Shown piece by piece: positions 29,761 to 39,517 of a stretch of DNA of 64,000 bases. Origin of the DNA: Arcobacteraceae bacterium (GTDB taxonomy: Bacteria > Campylobacterota > Campylobacteria > Campylobacterales > Arcobacteraceae); assembly GCA_963662945.1 (NCBI GenBank), contig OY759974.1, forward strand, positions 1,120,001-1,184,000, read 5' to 3'. How positions within the stretch are numbered: the stretch's first letter is position 1; each line of letters begins with the position of its first letter. The translations under genes were made by a program, and so were the position numbers. Below the pieces are notes generated by a model that was not told the origin of the DNA, did not search any database, and worked only from the letters and a program-made list of their open reading frames with translations.

Positions 29761-31653
29761 TTTCATATCAATATGCAAATGAATAATATCCACAGCACTC
29801 GGTGTAACCCCACTTATTTGAGAAGCGTTAAAAAGTGTTGGTGGATTGAACTTTTTAAGCTTTTCTATAACTTCTGTTGAAAGTCCAGGGAGTTCATCGT
29901 AGATAAAATCTTCTGGTATCTTTAGATTTAACATCTTTTTCATTTTCTCTATCTGTTTTTGTTGTTTATCCACATATCTATAGTATTTTGCTTCCACTAT
30001 CACTTGCTCCTTTAAATAGTCATCAAGAGAAGCAAAACTAGGAACGAGTCTATCAAATTTTTCTTTTGTGATAGTGTTTCTTCCTACTAAATCTACGAGT
30101 AAAATTTGGTCTGAAATTTTATCTTCCCCTAACTCTTCAAGAAGTGCTAGGTTTTCTTTTTTTGATGTGAACCACTCATTTTCCATAAACTCAATAGCAT
30201 CTTTGATAGTTTGTTTTTTGTGTTCCATAGTTTTAAATGTATCATCATCTATAAGTCCAAAATCATGTCCATACTCCATAAGTCTCATATCAGCACTCTC
30301 TTCTCTTAAAAGAAGTCTGTACTCTGCTCGACTTGTAAACATTCTATATGGTTCATTTGTCCCTTTTGTTACAAGGTCATCTATTAAAACTCCAATATAA
30401 CTCTCATCTCGTCTTAATATAAAAGGCTCTTTACCATCAATTGCTAAACTAGCATTTATACCCGCCATTAACCCTTGCGCTGCTGCTTCTTCATATCCAG
30501 TTGTTGCGTTGATTTGTCCTGCTAAATAAAGATTTTTTATCTTTTTTGTTTCAAGGGTATGTTGCAATTCTGTTGGGTCTATGTAGTCATATTCTATGGC
30601 ATAAGCATATCTTACGATTTTTGCATTTTCAAGCCCTTCTATTGAGTGTATCATCTGCTTTTGTACATCAATAGGTAAACTTGAACTAAGCCCATTGATA
30701 TAATACTCTTCAGCTCTTTTTGTTTGTGGCTCTAAGAAAAGCTGATGTCTTTCACGTTCAGCAAATCTATTTACTTTATCTTCAATACTTGGACAATATC
30801 GTGGACCAGTCCCTTCAATTTGTCCTGTAAAAAGTGGTGCTCTATCAAAATTACTTCTTATAGTATGGTGAGTATCAAGATTTGTATATGTAATATAACA
30901 AGGAAGTTGCGTAGGATGAAACTCTTCTTTGTTTGTTCTAAAACTAAATGGATGTGGATCTTCATCTCCCCCGTGTGCTTCCATAACTGAAAAGTCTATT
31001 GAGTTTACATTTATCCTTGCAGGAGTTCCTGTTTTTAATCTTCCTACATTAAGACCCAATATTTTTAATTGGTCTGAAAGTGTAGTTGATGGTAATTCCC
31101 AAGCACGACCTGCTGGATATTGATTTTCACCAATGTGAATTAATCCTTTCATAAAAGTACCTGTAGTCAAAATAACTTTTTTTGCTTCAAAAGTTTCCCC
31201 AAGTTTTGTCTCTACTCCAAATACTGAAAGTTGATTATCTTGTGCATCTACTTTTAAAGCACTCACTTCATCTTGATATACATCTAAATTTGGAGTATTT
31301 AACGTAACATTTCTCATATATTCTCTATATGCATCCATATCAATCTGAGCACGACTTCCTTGAACTGCTGCACCTTTAGAAGCATTTAAAATTCTAAATT
31401 GAATACCAGTTGCATCAGTACACAATCCCATCTCACCACCAAGGGCATCTAGTTCTCGAACTAAATGTCCTTTAGCAAGTCCTCCAATAGCTGGATTACA
31501 ACTAGCTGCTCCTATTTGTTCCACTAACATAGTTATAAGTAAAGTTTTTTTACCCATTCTTGCAGCTGCAAGACTTGCTTCTATTCCAGCATGTCCCCCA
31601 CCAACTACTATAACATCATATTGTGATGATTGTTCTTGTGTTTGTTTTGTCAT
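29719..31653 (-). CDS. mnmG: tRNA uridine 5-carboxymethylaminomethyl modification enzyme; last 13 residues encoded by the transposon end
   Basis: [25 protein letters not shown] and [11 protein letters not shown] motifs. Confidence 0.97.
   Translation of the reverse strand: MTKQTQEQSSQYDVIVVGGGHAGIEASLAAARMGKKTLLITMLVEQIGAASCNPAIGGLAKGHLVRELDALGGEMGLCTDATGIQFRILNASKGAAVQGSRAQIDMDAYREYMRNVTLNTPNLDVYQDEVSALKVDAQDNQLSVFGVETKLGETFEAKKVILTTGTFMKGLIHIGENQYPAGRAWELPSTTLSDQLKILGLNVGRLKTGTPARINVNSIDFSVMEAHGGDEDPHPFSFRTNKEEFHPTQLPCYITYTNLDTHHTIRSNFDRAPLFTGQIEGTGPRYCPSIEDKVNRFAERERHQLFLEPQTKRAEEYYINGLSSSLPIDVQKQMIHSIEGLENAKIVRYAYAIEYDYIDPTELQHTLETKKIKNLYLAGQINATTGYEEAAAQGLMAGINASLAIDGKEPFILRRDESYIGVLIDDLVTKGTNEPYRMFTSRAEYRLLLREESADMRLMEYGHDFGLIDDDTFKTMEHKKQTIKDAIEFMENEWFTSKKENLALLEELGEDKISDQILLVDLVGRNTITKEKFDRLVPSFASLDDYLKEQVIVEAKYYRYVDKQQKQIEKMKKMLNLKIPEDFIYDELPGLSTEVIEKLKKFNPPTLFNASQISGVTPSAVDIIHLHIDMKCKKQKSLIMDNKV
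29761..29765. repeat. 5-bp target-site duplication, right copy (TTTCA)
   Basis: Identical to 11148..11152. Confidence 0.9.
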
Positions 31654-31753
31654 TGCTACCCTTGCTCTTTTTATATTCGCATTATACCAAATCTAAGTAT
31701 AATTTTGTTAAATTACTAAACTATTACTTTAGTAATTAAAGGGTTTTATAAAA

Positions 31754-32839
31754 GTGAATAATATATTTAAAATATCTGGTGACTGGGAATATGATACAAT
31801 TGAACATCACATTAAAGATATGGATAAGTTTTATTTAGATAATAAAACCAATGAGATTGTATTTGATTTTGCTAATTTAAAAAAAATAGACTCTTCTGGG
31901 ATGATTGTCATTATTCGTTATATCAATCTTTTTAAAAAACAAAATATTACACCTACTTTATCAAATATATCAACAAAACACCAAAATATGTTAAAACTTT
32001 ATACAAGTAACTATACCCATAAAGATGATTTACCGACACCTCCTACCACAAACTTTTTTGAAGATATTGGAGATAGTGCACACTCTACATTTGTACATTT
32101 TAAACATTTTTTGTATTTTATTGGAAGAATTTTAGTAATTTTCTTTTACACTCTAAGACATCCATCACTTATTAAAGTCAAAGCGACCATCAATCAAATA
32201 GATATAGCAGCTATTTATATACTTCCTATTATTGCTCTTTCACTTTTTTTAGTTGGATTTGTTACTGCTTATCAAGGAGCTGATCAATTAGGGAGGTTTG
32301 GTGCTTCTATTATCGTGGTGGAGATGTCTACTATGTCTATGTTTAGAGAGATCGCACCTTTTTTAGCAGCTGTAATTGTAGCAGGGAGAAGTGCTTCATC
32401 TTATACTGCACAAATAGGAACTATGAAAATAACAGAAGAGATAAGTGCCATGAAAACTATGGGACTTGATGTGGATAGATTTTTAATCATTCCTAGAATT
32501 GTAGCTTTAGTTGTAGTTATGCCTTTAATTGTTTTTTTTGCAGATATGGCTTCAATGGCTGGGGAGATGGTGATAGTAAAATATCATCTTGGTATCCCGT
32601 ATACTCAATTTTTAGATAGAATTTATGAGTATGTAGAACTTCGACATATTATGTTAGGGTTATGTAAAGCACCACTTTTTGGTATTCTTATTGCTATTAT
32701 TGGTTGCTATAGAGGACTACAGGTGCAAAAAGGTACAGATATAGGAAAATATACTACAAAGTCTGTTGTAGATGCAATCTTTTGGTTAATTATTGTTAAT
32801 GCCTTAATTTCATTGTTATCAATAGAATTAGGATTTTAA
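31754..32839 (+). CDS. MlaE-family ABC permease with N-terminal STAS domain
   Basis: IDSSG STAS motif, REIAP, AQIGTMKITEE. Confidence 0.9.
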   Translation: MNNIFKISGDWEYDTIEHHIKDMDKFYLDNKTNEIVFDFANLKKIDSSGMIVIIRYINLFKKQNITPTLSNISTKHQNMLKLYTSNYTHKDDLPTPPTTNFFEDIGDSAHSTFVHFKHFLYFIGRILVIFFYTLRHPSLIKVKATINQIDIAAIYILPIIALSLFLVGFVTAYQGADQLGRFGASIIVVEMSTMSMFREIAPFLAAVIVAGRSASSYTAQIGTMKITEEISAMKTMGLDVDRFLIIPRIVALVVVMPLIVFFADMASMAGEMVIVKYHLGIPYTQFLDRIYEYVELRHIMLGLCKAPLFGILIAIIGCYRGLQVQKGTDIGKYTTKSVVDAIFWLIIVNALISLLSIELGF

Positions 32840-32840
32840 G

Positions 32841-33575
32841 ATGATAAAAGTTGAAAATCTCTCTACCTCTTTTTATGGGAAATTTGTACATAAAAACATC
32901 TCTTTAGATATTCATGAAGGGGAAATATTTGGACTTTTAGGTGGTAGTGGTAGTGGAAAAACTACTCTTTTAAGACAAATGATTATGTTAGATGAGATAC
33001 AAAAAGGTTCCATAGAAATACTTGGACATAAACTCACTAAACTTAAGCCAATACATAGAAATTATATAAAAAGAAATTGGGGAGTTTTATTTCAATTTGG
33101 AGCACTATTTTCCTCTTTGAATGTTCTTGAAAATATTGGAATAATGTTAAAAGAAAATACAAAACTTCCACAAGATATTATCAATGATATTGCCTATACA
33201 AAACTTAAAATGGTAGGACTTGATACAGATGTAGGAAAACTATATCCAGAAGAACTGAGTGGCGGTATGAAAAAAAGAGTTGCCATAGCTCGAAGTTTAG
33301 CACTTGATCCAAAAATCCTTTTTCTTGATGAACCAACCTCAGGACTTGACCCATATAGTGCAAAAGCATTTGACCAACTTATTTTAGAACTTCGTGATAT
33401 GTTAGACTTAACAGTTGTTATTATTACTCATGAACTTGACACTATTCAGAATGTACTTGATAGATTTACTATCATTAGTGAAGCAAATCTTATTTTTACA
33501 GGTACCTATGACGAGGCATTAAAAGAAAATAATGGTACAATAAATAAATTTTTGAACCAAAACAAAAAAGGGTAA
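32841..33575 (+). CDS. MlaF-like ABC transporter ATPase
   Basis: GGSGSGKT, LSGGM, DEPTSGLD. Confidence 0.9.
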   Translation: MIKVENLSTSFYGKFVHKNISLDIHEGEIFGLLGGSGSGKTTLLRQMIMLDEIQKGSIEILGHKLTKLKPIHRNYIKRNWGVLFQFGALFSSLNVLENIGIMLKENTKLPQDIINDIAYTKLKMVGLDTDVGKLYPEELSGGMKKRVAIARSLALDPKILFLDEPTSGLDPYSAKAFDQLILELRDMLDLTVVIITHELDTIQNVLDRFTIISEANLIFTGTYDEALKENNGTINKFLNQNKKG

Positions 33576-33579
33576 TATT

Positions 33580-34470
33580 TTGGAAAATAAAGCTAGATAC
33601 ACTTTAGTTGGTCTATTTATAATTGTTTTTTTACTATCACTTGTTGCTTTTATACTATGGCAAACAAAATATAACTTTAAAGATTCACAATCTTATGAAT
33701 ATAGACTTTACACACAAAACTCTGTTGCTGGACTTAACAAAAACTCTTTTGTAGAGTACAAAGGTTTAAGTATAGGTATCGTAAAAGATATTAGAATCAA
33801 TCCAAAGAATCTTCAACAAATAGAGATTATTTTAAAAATTGACAATCCTTCAATGATAAAAGAGAACAGTTTTGCCACAATCCAATCACAAGGTATTACG
33901 GGTAATAAAAATATAGAGATTGGTGGTGGTACACAAGAAGCAAAAGATTTACTACCAAAAGAAAATAGCTTTGAAATACTCCATTTAGAACAGTCTTTTT
34001 TTGATAATCTGACTGCAAGTGCACAAGATATTACACAAAATATCAATCTTACACTTTATCAAATAAATAAACTACTCAAAGATTCAAATATACAACATAT
34101 AGATGGTTTATTAAAAAGTTTAGAAAATAATTCAAATCAATTTAATACAACAATAGAAAAACTCAATACACTCTTGGAAACAAATGCTCCAAATACTTTA
34201 GCTGGTATAGATACACTCACAAAAGAATGGAGTTCTCTCTCAATAGACCTTAAAGAACTTATAAAAAATGATATAACAAAACTTATCACAAAAGCTAATA
34301 ACACTTTAGATAGTACTGCTAACTTAGAAGATATATTTTTAAATATAGAAAATACTATTGAAAAAGTTGATACAACATTAGATAATCTCAATGAAAATGG
34401 TGGAGACATAATTTTTAAAACAAGAGATATCAAATATGGTCCACAGGAGAGACAAAATGAAAATCAATAA
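33580..34470 (+). CDS. MlaD/MCE family protein
   Basis: TM segment, SVAGL...VEYKGL...G and SQGITG MCE motifs. Confidence 0.88.
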   Translation: MENKARYTLVGLFIIVFLLSLVAFILWQTKYNFKDSQSYEYRLYTQNSVAGLNKNSFVEYKGLSIGIVKDIRINPKNLQQIEIILKIDNPSMIKENSFATIQSQGITGNKNIEIGGGTQEAKDLLPKENSFEILHLEQSFFDNLTASAQDITQNINLTLYQINKLLKDSNIQHIDGLLKSLENNSNQFNTTIEKLNTLLETNAPNTLAGIDTLTKEWSSLSIDLKELIKNDITKLITKANNTLDSTANLEDIFLNIENTIEKVDTTLDNLNENGGDIIFKTRDIKYGPQERQNENQ

Positions 34471-35053
34471 TCTTATAATTACTATTATACTATTATCATT
34501 TAGTGGTTGTATCAGTATTACTAAAGAAGTTCCTGCATCTTCTACTTATACATTAAATGTACATAATAGTATCAAAAAGAATGAAATAAATTCAGATATA
34601 AAAATAGAAATCAAAGAACCAAAAGCATTAAGTAGTATCAACTCTAAATATATTTCCTACTCAACAAAAGATTATATTAGTGAAAACTATGCTTTGAATA
34701 AATGGAGTGACTCTCCTACAAAAATGATTCAAAATCAAGCTATTAAATACCTCTCAAGTACAAATCACTATTCTTTTGTTAATAGTTCAAATATTAATGT
34801 ACGAAGTGATTATCAACTTTTAAGTGAAATTGATAGTTTTCACCAATACTTTAAAAATAATAAAGGATTTGTAGAGTTCTCTATAAGAGTATATTTAAAA
34901 AATAGAAAAGACACCTTTTATAATAACTTTACATACACTCAACCTTGTGAGGAAAACAATGCAATCGGTGCAGTAAAAGCTTTAAATGTAGTTGTTAATA
35001 GTTTTGTACAAGATTTGGATAAATGGATCTTAGATAGTATCAATAAAAAATAA
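34457..35053 (+). CDS. ABC auxiliary lipoprotein (PqiC-like)
   Basis: Lipobox FSGC, YALNKWSDSP; start moved to ATG 34457 after AGGAG. Confidence 0.8.
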   Translation: MKINNLIITIILLSFSGCISITKEVPASSTYTLNVHNSIKKNEINSDIKIEIKEPKALSSINSKYISYSTKDYISENYALNKWSDSPTKMIQNQAIKYLSSTNHYSFVNSSNINVRSDYQLLSEIDSFHQYFKNNKGFVEFSIRVYLKNRKDTFYNNFTYTQPCEENNAIGAVKALNVVVNSFVQDLDKWILDSINKK

Positions 35054-35070
35054 TAAATAAGGAGTAGTAA

Positions 35071-35391
35071 ATGACAAGTAGTATTTTACTTGAGTTTAGT
35101 ATGTTCCCAACAGATGTAGGGGAGAGTAAAAGTGAATATGTTGCTGCTGTGGTAAAATGTGTACGAGAAAGTGGTTATGACTATCAACTAACCCCTATGG
35201 CTACTATAGTTGAATTTCCAAGTATGTCTGAAGCATTAAATCTTGTAAAAGAGTGTTATGAAGTTTTAGAAGCTAAAAAATGTAAAAGAATATATTCTGT
35301 ACTCAAATTTGATATAAGAGCAAACTCAAAAGACAGAATGACATCAAAAATAAAATCAGTAGAAGATAAAATTGGGGAAGTTAATAAATAA
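35071..35391 (+). CDS. MTH1187/YkoF family thiamine-binding protein
   Basis: EFSMFP...S.SEYVA...YQLTPMATIVE...K.D.R pattern. Confidence 0.85.
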   Translation: MTSSILLEFSMFPTDVGESKSEYVAAVVKCVRESGYDYQLTPMATIVEFPSMSEALNLVKECYEVLEAKKCKRIYSVLKFDIRANSKDRMTSKIKSVEDKIGEVNK

Positions 35392-35392
35392 A

Positions 35393-35419
35393 AAAAGCTC
35401 CTAATTTTTAGGAGCTTTT
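35393..35419. terminator. Bidirectional intrinsic terminator
   Basis: AAAAGCTCCTAA-TTT-TTAGGAGCTTTT between convergent genes. Confidence 0.75.
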
Positions 35420-35512
35420 GATAGAAGTTTCGAGTTTATACTTTAATACTAAAATAAAAGATTAAAACTCTTGCATTCGACTAGAGTCTATACTCTAGTA
35501 CTCAGCAAGAAT

Positions 35513-36490
35513 CTATACTCTTGCTTCCTCTCTTCTTTGTAGATACTCCCATTGTGCATCTACTCTTTTTTGCCATTCATCAATTAAATATTCATACTCT
35601 GGTTTAAATAAGTGTTTAAATCTTGGTTGTACCCCTAAGTAATCTCTTACTGGTACAATATTTTTTGGTCTGTAAGTGATATTTAATTCTTTACCATCAA
35701 TAATCTCATATAATGGGAATACTAATGAATCAGTAGCCATATCAGAAACTTCAATTGTTTGGTGAATTGGGAATTTCCACTCTGTTGTACAAGCAGACAT
35801 TGCATTAATATATACAGGTCCATTTGCATCAAATCCTTTTTGGATTTTTTTCACCATATCTTTCCATTTATTTGGAGCAACTTGTGCAACATAAGGAGCA
35901 CCATGTGCTGCCATAATCGCCATCATATCTTTTTTATTTTGCTTTTCACCATAAGAATGACTTCCTGCTGGTGTAGTTGTAGCACTTGCACCAATAGGAG
36001 TAGAAGAACTTCTTTGTCCTCCTGTGTTTGCATAAACTTCATTATCTAAACAAACATACATCATATTATGACCTCTTTCAAAACATCCAGAAATCCATTG
36101 GAAACCGATATCATAAGTAGCACCATCTCCACCAAAAGCAATAAATTTAGGCTCTGGTGTATTTGGATCAATTCTACCTTTTCTTCTTAATGCCATATTA
36201 GCTCTTTCAGCTCCTGCAATTGCAGTTGAAGAGTTTTCAAATCCAATATGAATCCATGAACAATCCCATGAAGTATGAGGATAAATAGCTGTACAAACTT
36301 CAAGACAACCTGTTGAAGCACCAACTACTAAGTTGTCATTTGTTGCATTTAGAATCTCTCTTACAATAATTGAGTGAGCACATCCTGGACATAGAACATG
36401 AGCACCCTCAAATCTTTCTGCTGCTGTCGAGAAAGATTTTAAGTTTTTAATCTCTTTATTTCCCTGTGGTTTACCTAATAAAGTACTCAT
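35513..36490 (-). CDS. porB: Pyruvate:ferredoxin/flavodoxin oxidoreductase beta subunit
   Basis: LCPGC, GGDG...DNEVYANTGGQ TPP-binding motif. Confidence 0.92.
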   Translation of the reverse strand: MSTLLGKPQGNKEIKNLKSFSTAAERFEGAHVLCPGCAHSIIVREILNATNDNLVVGASTGCLEVCTAIYPHTSWDCSWIHIGFENSSTAIAGAERANMALRRKGRIDPNTPEPKFIAFGGDGATYDIGFQWISGCFERGHNMMYVCLDNEVYANTGGQRSSSTPIGASATTTPAGSHSYGEKQNKKDMMAIMAAHGAPYVAQVAPNKWKDMVKKIQKGFDANGPVYINAMSACTTEWKFPIHQTIEVSDMATDSLVFPLYEIIDGKELNITYRPKNIVPVRDYLGVQPRFKHLFKPEYEYLIDEWQKRVDAQWEYLQRREEARV

Positions 36491-36493
36491 TTT

Positions 36494-37744
36494 TTATCCT
36501 TCTACACTATAATATTTTAATTCTGGTCCTCTTACACCAATCCATTTTTGGATTGCACCATCTAATTTACCAGCATTTATTTCTGCTTGAGCATCTCTAT
36601 AAATTGTACTTAAATGTCCAATATTAATATCTCTACCACCTAGTCCATATATTTTATTACTTAATAATGGTCTATAAGAAGTATTGAATAATGCTGCTGC
36701 AACATCATTATAAAGTAATCCTGTTTGACCACCTGGAGCACTTCTATCCATACAAACTACTGCTTTAGCACCTTTTAATACTTCTACTAACTTATCCATT
36801 TGAGTTGGTCTGAAAACTCTTGGCATTACTACACCAGCTTTTATACCCTCTTCTCTCATTTTATCAGCTGCAACTTGAGCTGTTTGGTAAGTTGTACCCA
36901 TACAAACAATAATAACATCTGCATCATCAGCTTTATATGACTCAACCATATTGTATTTTCTACCACTGATTTTTGCATATTCTTCAAATACTTCTTCAAT
37001 AACAGTTACTGAGTCCATCATAGCTTTATTTTGTTTTGCTTTATGTTCAAAATGCCAATCAGACTCTGTTTGTACACCATGAGTTACTGGTTTATCAAAG
37101 TTTAACATTGAGTTAACTTCTTTGTAATCACCAACAAAATCATAAGCAACTTTATCTGAAAGTGGTCTCACGTTTTGTGCTTTATGAGATGTTAAAAATC
37201 CATCTTGATTTACAATAACTGGAAGTCTTACATCTAAATGTTCACCTATTCTAAACGCACATAAAACTAAATCATAAGACTCTTCTGGTGTACATGCATC
37301 AATTGATATCCATCCTGATTGATTTGCAAGATACATATCTGAATGGTCACCATTTACATTTAAAGGAGCTGCTAATGCTCTATTAATCATACATAAAACA
37401 ATTGGTAATCTCATACCAGATGCTTGATATAAAGTCTCAACCATAAGTGCAAGACCTTGAGAAGAAGTTGCTGTTGCTGCTCTAGCACCTGCAGCAGCTG
37501 CCCCAATACATCCAGACATCGCTGCATGTTCAGATTCAGTCATAATCATCTCACCATCTACATAACCGTTTGCATTATGTGATGCATACGCTTCAACAGT
37601 ACCAGTTGATGGTGTAATAGGATATGCAGAAACAACATCAACACTTGCTTGTCTTAAAGCATGTGAGTTTGCAACATTTCCATCCCAAACTTCAACTTCA
37701 TTTAATTCCATAGTTCTTTTATTTCTATACATATTATTATTCAC
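36494..37744 (-). CDS. porA: Pyruvate oxidoreductase alpha subunit
   Basis: AYPITP, ESEH, TATSSQG. Confidence 0.92.
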   Translation of the reverse strand: MNNNMYRNKRTMELNEVEVWDGNVANSHALRQASVDVVSAYPITPSTGTVEAYASHNANGYVDGEMIMTESEHAAMSGCIGAAAAGARAATATSSQGLALMVETLYQASGMRLPIVLCMINRALAAPLNVNGDHSDMYLANQSGWISIDACTPEESYDLVLCAFRIGEHLDVRLPVIVNQDGFLTSHKAQNVRPLSDKVAYDFVGDYKEVNSMLNFDKPVTHGVQTESDWHFEHKAKQNKAMMDSVTVIEEVFEEYAKISGRKYNMVESYKADDADVIIVCMGTTYQTAQVAADKMREEGIKAGVVMPRVFRPTQMDKLVEVLKGAKAVVCMDRSAPGGQTGLLYNDVAAALFNTSYRPLLSNKIYGLGGRDINIGHLSTIYRDAQAEINAGKLDGAIQKWIGVRGPELKYYSVEG

Positions 37745-38198
37745 CTTTCTTTGTCTTCTCTGGCCATTGTGTCAGAGCATCTTCATTTTTTGTATTTTCA
37801 TCAAACATTACTAAAGATTTTGGATTTGTAGGACAAACTTCAGAACAGATTCCACACCCTTTACAGTGATCATAATCAATTCCAACCATCTCTTTATCTC
37901 TTGAAATAATAGAAGAATCTGGACAATATAACCAACAATTTTGACAGTCTATACATAGGTCAACATTCCATACAGGTTTTGCAACTCTCCAATCTCCAAC
38001 ATATTTATTGATTGAATTTGTTTCTGCATTATTTCTATCTTCTGGATGAACATTAACAACCGTATGGTCTATTTCACCTTCAAAAGAAAAACAGGCAGCG
38101 CCTGGAACTAGTTCATCCCATCCCATATCCCAAATTGAATTTTCAAAATGTTCTTTACTTTTATATAAATTATTTACTAAGTCTTTATGTTGTGCCAT
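37737..38198 (-). CDS. porD: Pyruvate oxidoreductase delta subunit (2x[4Fe-4S])
   Basis: GDWR..KP and two CxxCxxCxxxCP motifs. Confidence 0.9.
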   Translation of the reverse strand: MAQHKDLVNNLYKSKEHFENSIWDMGWDELVPGAACFSFEGEIDHTVVNVHPEDRNNAETNSINKYVGDWRVAKPVWNVDLCIDCQNCWLYCPDSSIISRDKEMVGIDYDHCKGCGICSEVCPTNPKSLVMFDENTKNEDALTQWPEKTKKGE

Positions 38199-38207
38199 TA
38201 CTTACTC

Positions 38208-38771
38208 CTATTTCACTTCATCATATGCACGCTGAATAGCTAACATATTTGCATCAATAATTTTTTCAGGAAGTTTTCCAAGCACTTTTTTCATTGAACC
38301 TTTAAACTCTTCAATAGGGAACATTCCACTTATTTTCATAAATGCACCAAGTACTGGTGTATTTGGTATTGGTCTACCTATGGTTTCTTGTGCTATTTTT
38401 AAACAGTCCACTGTGTAAACATTTTTTTCTTTACCATGTAATGCAGGAATTAATGATATCAATTCACTTTTTTCAAGGTGTGTTGTAATGATATACTTAG
38501 TATTTTCATCACAATCTTCTGTTATATTATCTGAGAAAGCTAATCCTGGATCAATAACGAAAACAAAGTTTGGACACATATATCTTTCATGATTTAAAAG
38601 TAAATTATCATCAACTCTATTATAAGCTGTCATAGCAGCACCTCTTTTTGCAGAACCATAAAATGAAAATGCTTGCACTTGCTTACCTGTCGCAGCTAAT
38701 ACAGAAGCTAATCCTTTAGCTCCTGTAACCGCTCCTTGTCCAGCACGACTGTGCCATCTAATCTCTAGCAT
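38208..38771 (-). CDS. porC: Pyruvate oxidoreductase gamma subunit
   Basis: EIRWHSRAGQGAVT, YGSAKRG. Confidence 0.92.
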   Translation of the reverse strand: MLEIRWHSRAGQGAVTGAKGLASVLAATGKQVQAFSFYGSAKRGAAMTAYNRVDDNLLLNHERYMCPNFVFVIDPGLAFSDNITEDCDENTKYIITTHLEKSELISLIPALHGKEKNVYTVDCLKIAQETIGRPIPNTPVLGAFMKISGMFPIEEFKGSMKKVLGKLPEKIIDANMLAIQRAYDEVK

Positions 38772-38854
38772 TTTAACTCCTATACTTTTGTTTATTTTAT
38801 AATATTCACTAAACTATAATTTCTTAGCCCAATTTTATGAAATTACAACTTACA

Positions 38855-39517
38855 TTATGCTTTAGAAATAGTGCTTTTAATTAATTTTACCGCTTCTAAA
38901 GAATTAGTCACCACATGTGGTGTGTAGCAACATAATTCTTTCTTATATCCATATCCACACAAAACCCCACAACTACTTATATTAGCTCTATTTGCTGCTA
39001 TTAAATCTAATTTTGTATCTCCTATCATAAAAACTTCTCTGGAGGGTACTATATTCATATTTTTTAATGCAACTTGTATTGGCTCAGGATCAGGTTTTGG
39101 ATTTTTCACCTCTTGTCTTCCAATAATTGTTTCAAAATATTCAAAAATTCCTAGATTTTTTAGCAATGGGATGCTATATTGTGTGGTTTTAGTAGTAACC
39201 ACACCTAACCTTGCAAAAGTAAAAGCTTCTTGAACAGACTCTTTAGCAAATTCAAGTAAAATAGTTTTCTCTTCAGAAATTTTTTGGTAATTTTCTTTAT
39301 AACTATTAACAAAGTCTATTACCCTATGTTCTTCTACACCAAGGTTTGAAAACATTATATCAAGAGGATATCCTATATGACTTTTTATCTCTTCATCATC
39401 TCCGTTAAATTCAAATTTTTGTTTTTTAAAAGCATAATGAAATGATTCTAAAATTGCTTCTGTACTATCTATTAGGGTACCATCTAGATCAAACAAGATT
39501 GTTATATTTTTATTCAC
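38855..39517 (-). CDS. HAD family hydrolase (phosphoglycolate phosphatase-like)
   Basis: FDLDGTLID, KPDP, IGDT. Confidence 0.88.
   Translation of the reverse strand: MNKNITILFDLDGTLIDSTEAILESFHYAFKKQKFEFNGDDEEIKSHIGYPLDIMFSNLGVEEHRVIDFVNSYKENYQKISEEKTILLEFAKESVQEAFTFARLGVVTTKTTQYSIPLLKNLGIFEYFETIIGRQEVKNPKPDPEPIQVALKNMNIVPSREVFMIGDTKLDLIAANRANISSCGVLCGYGYKKELCCYTPHVVTNSLEAVKLIKSTISKA

Noticed and set aside
35420-35525. Short GAGTCTATACTC-like hairpin repeats downstream of porB
   Set aside because: Only two or three degenerate copies without a spacer structure; best explained as 3' end stem-loops.
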